From positions 241,311-305,310 of the forward strand of contig CAVQTJ010000002.1 in assembly GCA_963716555.1 (NCBI GenBank): 64,000 nt of DNA. The letters run 5' to 3'. A model generated the notes under the pieces. The model saw nothing but the letters and a program-made list of their open reading frames with translations. It made no database searches and was not told where the DNA came from. Below are positions 59,009 to 64,000 of this stretch, piece after piece (positions within the stretch are counted from its first letter, which is position 1; each line of letters opens with the position of its first letter). Source of the DNA: an uncultured bacterium. GTDB taxonomy: Bacteria > Chloroflexota > Dormibacteria > Aeolococcales > Aeolococcaceae. Made by a program: the position numbers and the translations under genes.

Positions 59009-60956
59009 CCGGACGCATCTCCCGGTAGCCCCGGGTCGCCTCGGCCAGCCGTGGAGCGGTGACCGGGCGGGTGGGGAGGGTCAGGAAGCTCTCGATCATG
59101 ATCACGCGGCGCAGCAGCACATAGGTCGGATACCAGAGCAGCAACCACGGGAGGTAGCGGGCGTATCCATTGAGCGCCGCCTCGACCGCCGTGCACAGCA
59201 GCATCGGCAGCACCGCCGAACCGAAGAGCACAAAGACGTACCAGACGTTGCGAGACCAGCTGGGTTGCTCGATGGCCCAGACCGCCGCGTAGAGGTAGAC
59301 GATCGGCCGGACCAGCATCATGAACCGGAAGATCACGGCACGCATGCCGGAGAGCCAGATCCGGGGGCCGGCCGAGGGGCCCTGAAGAGGGTTGTGGCGG
59401 GCAAAGAGGTGGGCTCCCGACCGGTACCAGCGGATGCGCTGCTCCCGGTATGCCGAGAGCGTGGCGGGCACGTCCTCATGGATGACGATGTCGCGATCCA
59501 GCACCGCCCGGTAGCCCAGCCGTCCCAGCTGCAGGGTGAGATCTGCGTCCTCACCGTTCATGCCCACCACCATCCCCCCCACCGCCCGGGCCGGCTCCGG
59601 CCGGAAGGCCTGGAAGGTGCCGGGGACGCAGGGCAGGGCGTCGATGACCACCAGGCTGGGACGGACGAAGAGGTAGCCGAAGATGCACTCGATCAGCCGC
59701 ATCCGGTGCAGCCACGACCTCGCCATGCGCGGGAAGGTGGCGCCCCCGACATCGCCCACGGTGGGATCGCGAAACCACCTGGGCAGGCAGCAGAAGGCGT
59801 TGCGGCTGATCACCACGTCGGCATCGATGCGCACCGCGATCGGGGCCCTGACCCGGGCCAGGGCGGCGTTCAGGGCCGCCGACTTGCCGGCGTGGGCGCA
59901 CGCGATGATCTCTCCCTTGGCGGCCGCGAAGTGGTCCATGGCGTCCTGCGACAGCGCCACCGTGTCATCCTCCGAGCCATCGTCCGCCAGCGTCACCCGG
60001 ACCTGACCGGGGGCGTAGAAGACGGCGGCCCGGTCGATGGACGTCAGGGTGTCGACGATCCCCGGAGACTCGTTGTAGGCACACATGATCACGTGGATCG
60101 GGGGCGTCTCCGACCCCAGCGGCGGCGGCCGCTGCAGCAGCGCGAAGATGCGCAGGAGGAGGATGAAAACCGCCCACACCAGCGCGTAGGTCATGAACCC
60201 GAGCAGGAGGAACAGGCTGTGCCCCAGCGAGCCCAGGTTGAGGATCAGGGCCGTGGCCAGGACCAGGACGCCCAGGGCCGCACCGGCGACCATCACCGCC
60301 TGGATGGTCACCACCCGGTAGGCGCTGCGCACGACCGGAACCTGGCTGGGACGCGGCAGCACAAAGGTGGTGAAGAACACCCGCAGCATGACCGTCGCCC
60401 AGAGCAGCATGTTCAGGACGATGCCCTCGATCCCCACGTAGGCGATGGGGAGGCGGGTGACCGCGGAGGTGGTCACCACCAGGGAGTCGAGGAGCACGGC
60501 CATGACCAGGTAGACCACCGAGTGGAGGGCCATGGCCAGGCGGCGTCCGGGGCTGGCCGGGAGCACCAGCGGCAGGACGGCCATCGCCCCCGCGATCATC
60601 ACCCGAAGCCCCGATTCGAGGTGATTGGCGTAGGGGGCGACCAGAGAGGGGCTGGGGACCATCCACAGTACGATCCGGAGGACCGCAGCGGAGTACCCGG
60701 TGGCGATCTGCGGCCGCACCGCCACCACGATGACGGCGAAGATGACCATGGTTCCGAGGAACCCCAGCACCCGGAACAACCTGACCGGTCTGGGTGCCGC
60801 GATGACCACCCGGCCCATCCCGTCGCCCCGATCGAGGCTCGGGTGGCGCTTGACCGACCAGAAGATCCAGGTGAGAAACGCGATCAGGAACGCCGCCACG
60901 CAGACCACGTGAAGCGGCGCCATCAGCGTCCTCTCCGTTCCGCACCGGCGGCGCAT
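58995..60956 (-). CDS. Processive family-2 glycosyltransferase (polysaccharide synthase-like)
   Basis: About 8 N-terminal TMS; GT-A core (VIMCAYNESPGI, DDGSEDDT, IDADVV, GEDADL, REQRIRW = QxxRW-type motif); C-terminal TMS. Confidence 0.85.
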   Translation of the reverse strand: MRRRCGTERTLMAPLHVVCVAAFLIAFLTWIFWSVKRHPSLDRGDGMGRVVIAAPRPVRLFRVLGFLGTMVIFAVIVVAVRPQIATGYSAAVLRIVLWMVPSPSLVAPYANHLESGLRVMIAGAMAVLPLVLPASPGRRLAMALHSVVYLVMAVLLDSLVVTTSAVTRLPIAYVGIEGIVLNMLLWATVMLRVFFTTFVLPRPSQVPVVRSAYRVVTIQAVMVAGAALGVLVLATALILNLGSLGHSLFLLLGFMTYALVWAVFILLLRIFALLQRPPPLGSETPPIHVIMCAYNESPGIVDTLTSIDRAAVFYAPGQVRVTLADDGSEDDTVALSQDAMDHFAAAKGEIIACAHAGKSAALNAALARVRAPIAVRIDADVVISRNAFCCLPRWFRDPTVGDVGGATFPRMARSWLHRMRLIECIFGYLFVRPSLVVIDALPCVPGTFQAFRPEPARAVGGMVVGMNGEDADLTLQLGRLGYRAVLDRDIVIHEDVPATLSAYREQRIRWYRSGAHLFARHNPLQGPSAGPRIWLSGMRAVIFRFMMLVRPIVYLYAAVWAIEQPSWSRNVWYVFVLFGSAVLPMLLCTAVEAALNGYARYLPWLLLWYPTYVLLRRVIMIESFLTLPTRPVTAPRLAEATRGYREMRPDAVG

Positions 60957-61033
60957 GGGCTCGGTCCGGCCGCTGCCGCCACACCCGGGAAATCCGGGTG
61001 ACTGACGCGCATCCCACACCGGGGGACGGGGGC

Positions 61034-61852
61034 ATGGCGCCGGGATCCGAGCTGGAGCCTCCTCTGCTGATCATCACCAGCCGGGCGCTGCGCCTGGTCG
61101 CAGGCCTGGGCACCGCGCCCGGCAGCCTCTCCGGCGCGACCGTGGTCGTGCTTGGAGGCCCGCCCCCGGCAGACCCCGCCTGGCGCACGTTGCGGTCGGT
61201 GCCCGCCGTCAACTGCACCCGCCTCGAGGCGGTCCGGGATGCGCGCGGCGCCCTGTCGAAATATCCGGGTCGGAGCGTGGTCCTCTACGACCAGGAGGCG
61301 TGGGATCTGACCCCCCAGCACGAGCGTCGTGACCCGGCGGCGTATGTGCGCCGAGCTGCCGAGGAGCTGAGGGGCACTGCGATCTCCCTGGCGGCGGCGC
61401 CCTCGCTCACCCTGGCCGAGGCGGTGGCTCCCTCCGGGTCGCCCGAGGCGGCGTACTTCGCCTCCGGGGTCGTCGAGGCGATGAGTTCCTGGTGCCAGGT
61501 CATGCACGTCCAGAGCCAGCGCCTCGAGCGAAGCCCGCAGCGCTACGCCGCCTTTGTCACCGAGGCGGCGCGCCGCTCCCGCCTCGCCAACCCGTCGGTG
61601 CTGATCACCGCCGGGCTCAGCACCAACCCTCCCGGCCAGCCGGTCACCCTCGGACAGCTGCAGGCCTGCGTCGCGGCCACTCACCCTGCCGTCGACGGTT
61701 ACTGGCTCAACGTGCCGCGTCCCGGGCGGCGATGTCCGCACTGCAATCCGGAGAACCCCACCCTGGCGGCCGCACTGATCGAGTCGCCGGCGGGGCAGGG
61801 CGCTGTCGTTGGTCTGGATCGGCTCGACCACCGGCTCAATGAGAGGAGCTGA
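61034..61852 (+). CDS. Paralog of lipoprotein 58100-59008 (no clear signal peptide)
   Basis: Shares LYDQEAWDLTPQ, HVQSQRLERSPQRYAAFV, ITAGLSTNPPGQPV and GYWLNVPRPGRRCPHC with the paralog. Start uncertain. Confidence 0.55.
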   Translation: MAPGSELEPPLLIITSRALRLVAGLGTAPGSLSGATVVVLGGPPPADPAWRTLRSVPAVNCTRLEAVRDARGALSKYPGRSVVLYDQEAWDLTPQHERRDPAAYVRRAAEELRGTAISLAAAPSLTLAEAVAPSGSPEAAYFASGVVEAMSSWCQVMHVQSQRLERSPQRYAAFVTEAARRSRLANPSVLITAGLSTNPPGQPVTLGQLQACVAATHPAVDGYWLNVPRPGRRCPHCNPENPTLAAALIESPAGQGAVVGLDRLDHRLNERS

Positions 61853-63046
61853 TGCCGACGTCGGCGCCCATCCCCACCAGCCCCCAGGAGAGCTGCTGAC
61901 CCAGGGTGAGGATCACGTCATAGCTGGCCGCCCCGTTGGAGTAGATCGGCGCGCTGTCGATGCGCACCACTCGGGCGGCGAGGGTGGTCTTGGACCCGTC
62001 CACGGTGACCTGGGCGAGCTGTCCCGGATGGATCGCCAGCGCCGAGGCCTGGGGAACCGCCGCGACCGCCTGCCACGCCCCCGCGGGATAGAAGGCGATC
62101 ATCGGTGCCGATCCGCTCTGCGAGCTCGTCGACGGTGCCTGGGGGGCAGGGGGAAGAGGCTGAATCCGGAGCTGCTCGGCACCTGAACCCCAGAGGTCGA
62201 TCCGATCGAGATCCCCGTGGGTCCAGCCAGGTCGCCGACGGTGCCGCCGACGAAGGCGATGACACCGTTGGTGGGTGCCGTGAGCACGGCCTCCTTGAGG
62301 GCCACCAGGTCCGAGGCCACCGCGGCCTGGTCACGCGCCACCGCTGCCTGCGCCGCCGCCAGTGCGGTGCCGCCCCCACCGCTGGTGCCGTTCACCAGCG
62401 CGCTCTCGGCCAGCGACACCTTGGCCTGTGCGGCGCTGATCGCAGCGCTCGCCGCGGCCTGCTCCTGCGGGGTCCGGGCCGCTGCCAGCTGGGCCTCGGC
62501 CGCGCTCAGCTCCTTCTGGGCCACGGTCACGGCCAGGTCCAGGTCCTGCTGCTCCGCGGTCTGCTTGGCGGGGAGGGCGGTGAGATTGGCCTGATCGGCA
62601 TTCAAGCTTGCCTGGTCGTAGCTGAGCCTCAGCTGCAGCAGGGTGGTGCTCTGGCTGGCCAGCACCTGCCCAGCCCTGATGGTCTGCCCGGGCTGAACGC
62701 TGACCCCGGTGATCTGCCCCTCATTGCTGAACTGCAGGTAGGTCATCGAGGGAGGCTCGAGCACCGCCGGGAAGGCCGTCGGGTCGGTGAAGAAAGCTCC
62801 TCTGATCACATAGACCGCCGCCAGGACCACGCCCGCCAGGAGCAGTGCGGCGATGAGGAGCTCGGCGGCTCGCCGCGCCCTGGCCCCACCGGTCCGAGCC
62901 CGGCCTGGGGCCACCGGCCACGCCGCCGGCCACGCGCGCCCGGGGACCTCGAACTCGGCCTCGCCGGGCGGAGCCGGGGGCCTCTGAGCCACCGAGGCAG
63001 GGTTCTGGGCGTTGGCGGGATCGTCGGCAATCTGCGTTCCGCTCAT
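61836..63046 (-). pseudogene. HlyD-family periplasmic-adaptor-like protein, frameshifted near 62150
   Basis: TM, lipoyl-like hairpin (GQITGVSVQPGQTIRAGQVLAS), long Ala/Gln coiled coil, VLTAPTNGVIAF. The beta-barrel C-terminus (IAFYPAGAW...VTVDGSKTTLAARVVRID) is in another frame. Confidence 0.7.
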
Positions 63047-63267
63047 CTCGCTCCCTCGCGCATGGGCTGCCTCGACGCAGTCCCTCAGCGTCCCGCCACG
63101 GCGGTCAGCCGCGGAGGGCGTCTCCCATCCGTACTGGGTCATGAGTATGGGGCGATGGGCCAACCTGGAGCAACCGGTCATCTGATGCACCGTGAGATCT
63201 GGACGGTGCGACCTGCGAGGAGCGATCAGCCTATTTGGGGTGAACGAAGGGGGAAGCCGAATGGATA

Positions 63268-64000
63268 ATGCGGCGGGTGAACGTCCAACGAGAGCGCCGG
63301 CCTGCGCTTCGGCTGGTCACACGCCCCGTCCGGTACTGGAGGATGGTTCGCGAGGCTCAGCAGCCGCGCTGGCAGAGCAGGCTGACCGATCCGCTGATGC
63401 AGTGGATCGGACATCGCCGGCTGCTTTCCCCTGACCGCCGCCTCCTGCTGGAGTGGGGCATGCGGCAGGCACTCGGACAACCCCTGTGTCGTGCGGCATG
63501 GAATCGGATGACCTTCAACGACAAGGTGGTGTACCGATGCCTGCGGGGGCGGGATCCGATCTTGAAGATCTTCTGTGACAAGCTCCGGATGCGTGAGTTC
63601 GTCGCTGAACGTCTGGGTGCCGAGAGTCTCCCGCGATTGCTCATGGTCAGCGAGGACCCCTCGCAGCTCAGCGCCCTCACGGGACCCTACATTCTCAAGG
63701 CGAATCACGAATCCGGCTTGGTCACGATCGTTGGTCAGGGCGAGGTTCTGTCCCACGATCAGCTGGCTGAGGCAGCGGCCTGGCTGGGCAGGGATTTCCC
63801 GTGGGAGCGGGAGTGGGGGTATCGCGGCGCCCGACGAGCCCTGCTCGCCGAGGAGCTGCTGCGCAGCCCCGACGGCTCGTCGCCGCCGCCCGACTACAAG
63901 CTGTTCACCTTCGATGGCCAGGTGAGGATGATCCAGTTTGTCACGGGACGTTTCACCGCGCACCACAGCTGGACGTTGAAGGGACCCGACTGGAGGGACA
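63268..64000 (+). CDS. TupA-like ATP-grasp protein (partial; runs off the window)
   Basis: Hand translation: ...WNRMTFNDKVVYRCLRGRDPILKIFCDKLRMREFVAERLG...YILKANHESGLV...PPDYKLFTFDGQV. Start is either 63268 or 63343. Confidence 0.6.
   Translation, partial: MRRVNVQRERRPALRLVTRPVRYWRMVREAQQPRWQSRLTDPLMQWIGHRRLLSPDRRLLLEWGMRQALGQPLCRAAWNRMTFNDKVVYRCLRGRDPILKIFCDKLRMREFVAERLGAESLPRLLMVSEDPSQLSALTGPYILKANHESGLVTIVGQGEVLSHDQLAEAAAWLGRDFPWEREWGYRGARRALLAEELLRSPDGSSPPPDYKLFTFDGQVRMIQFVTGRFTAHHSWTLKGPDWRD

Noticed and set aside
58863-61001. 712-aa plus-strand ORF
   Set aside because: It is antisense to the GT2 synthase, which has complete catalytic motifs. The product is low-complexity and rich in charged residues and Gly.
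1-64000. Known defence systems (restriction-modification, CBASS, Cas, abortive-infection ATPases) or prophage
   Set aside because: No ORF showed the corresponding motifs. The only defence-like genes are VapBC-type TA pairs.

Overview
High-GC (about 70%) bacterial chromosomal segment. I saw no rRNA, tRNA, CRISPR array, transposase, integrase or phage genes. All protein calls come from reading the supplied translations and recognising motifs; no database search was run.

Gene content, in order:
- metF, followed by an 18-bp tandem-repeat array.
- A divergent MarR / MFS-transporter pair and a GT4 glycosyltransferase.
- A compact minus-strand cell-wall (dcw) block: murF-mraY-ftsW-murG-murC-murB-ddl-ftsQ. 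It lacks murD, murE and ftsI, and carries a palindromic intergenic repeat family.
- Four PIN-domain (VapBC-like) toxin-antitoxin pairs, plus an RHH fragment.
- Two paralogous modules, each made of a LuxR-type response regulator, a histidine kinase, a SipW-type (Ser/His) signal peptidase and TasA/camelysin-like exported proteins: 19.4-24.6 kb on the minus strand and 32.1-43.8 kb on the plus strand. The second module is expanded with an Ig/beta-helix protein, three TasA-like paralogs and a roughly 900-aa FN3 / glycine-rich / 3x Ig-like repeat protein.
- Immediately downstream, a type IV pilus locus: pilB, pilC, two pseudopilins, a TadG-like protein, the major pilin, two GT-C glycosyltransferases, pilT and a stand-alone PilD N-terminal domain.
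- An exopolysaccharide-like operon: a processive GT2 synthase, two paralogous conserved proteins, a RapZ-like protein with a degenerate P-loop, an S53 peptidase, an HlyD-like adaptor and a TupA-like ATP-grasp protein.

Best candidate for an undescribed system: the duplicated, two-component-linked SipW / TasA-like fibre module. Its paralogs share a conserved C-terminal C-x(4-5)-C-S-G-I-T-A-W-S tail.

Caveat: many genes carry single-nucleotide frameshifts or in-frame stops. I count at least 17 in the pilus region and none in about 10 kb of dcw genes. From sequence alone I cannot tell real gene decay from assembly indel errors.
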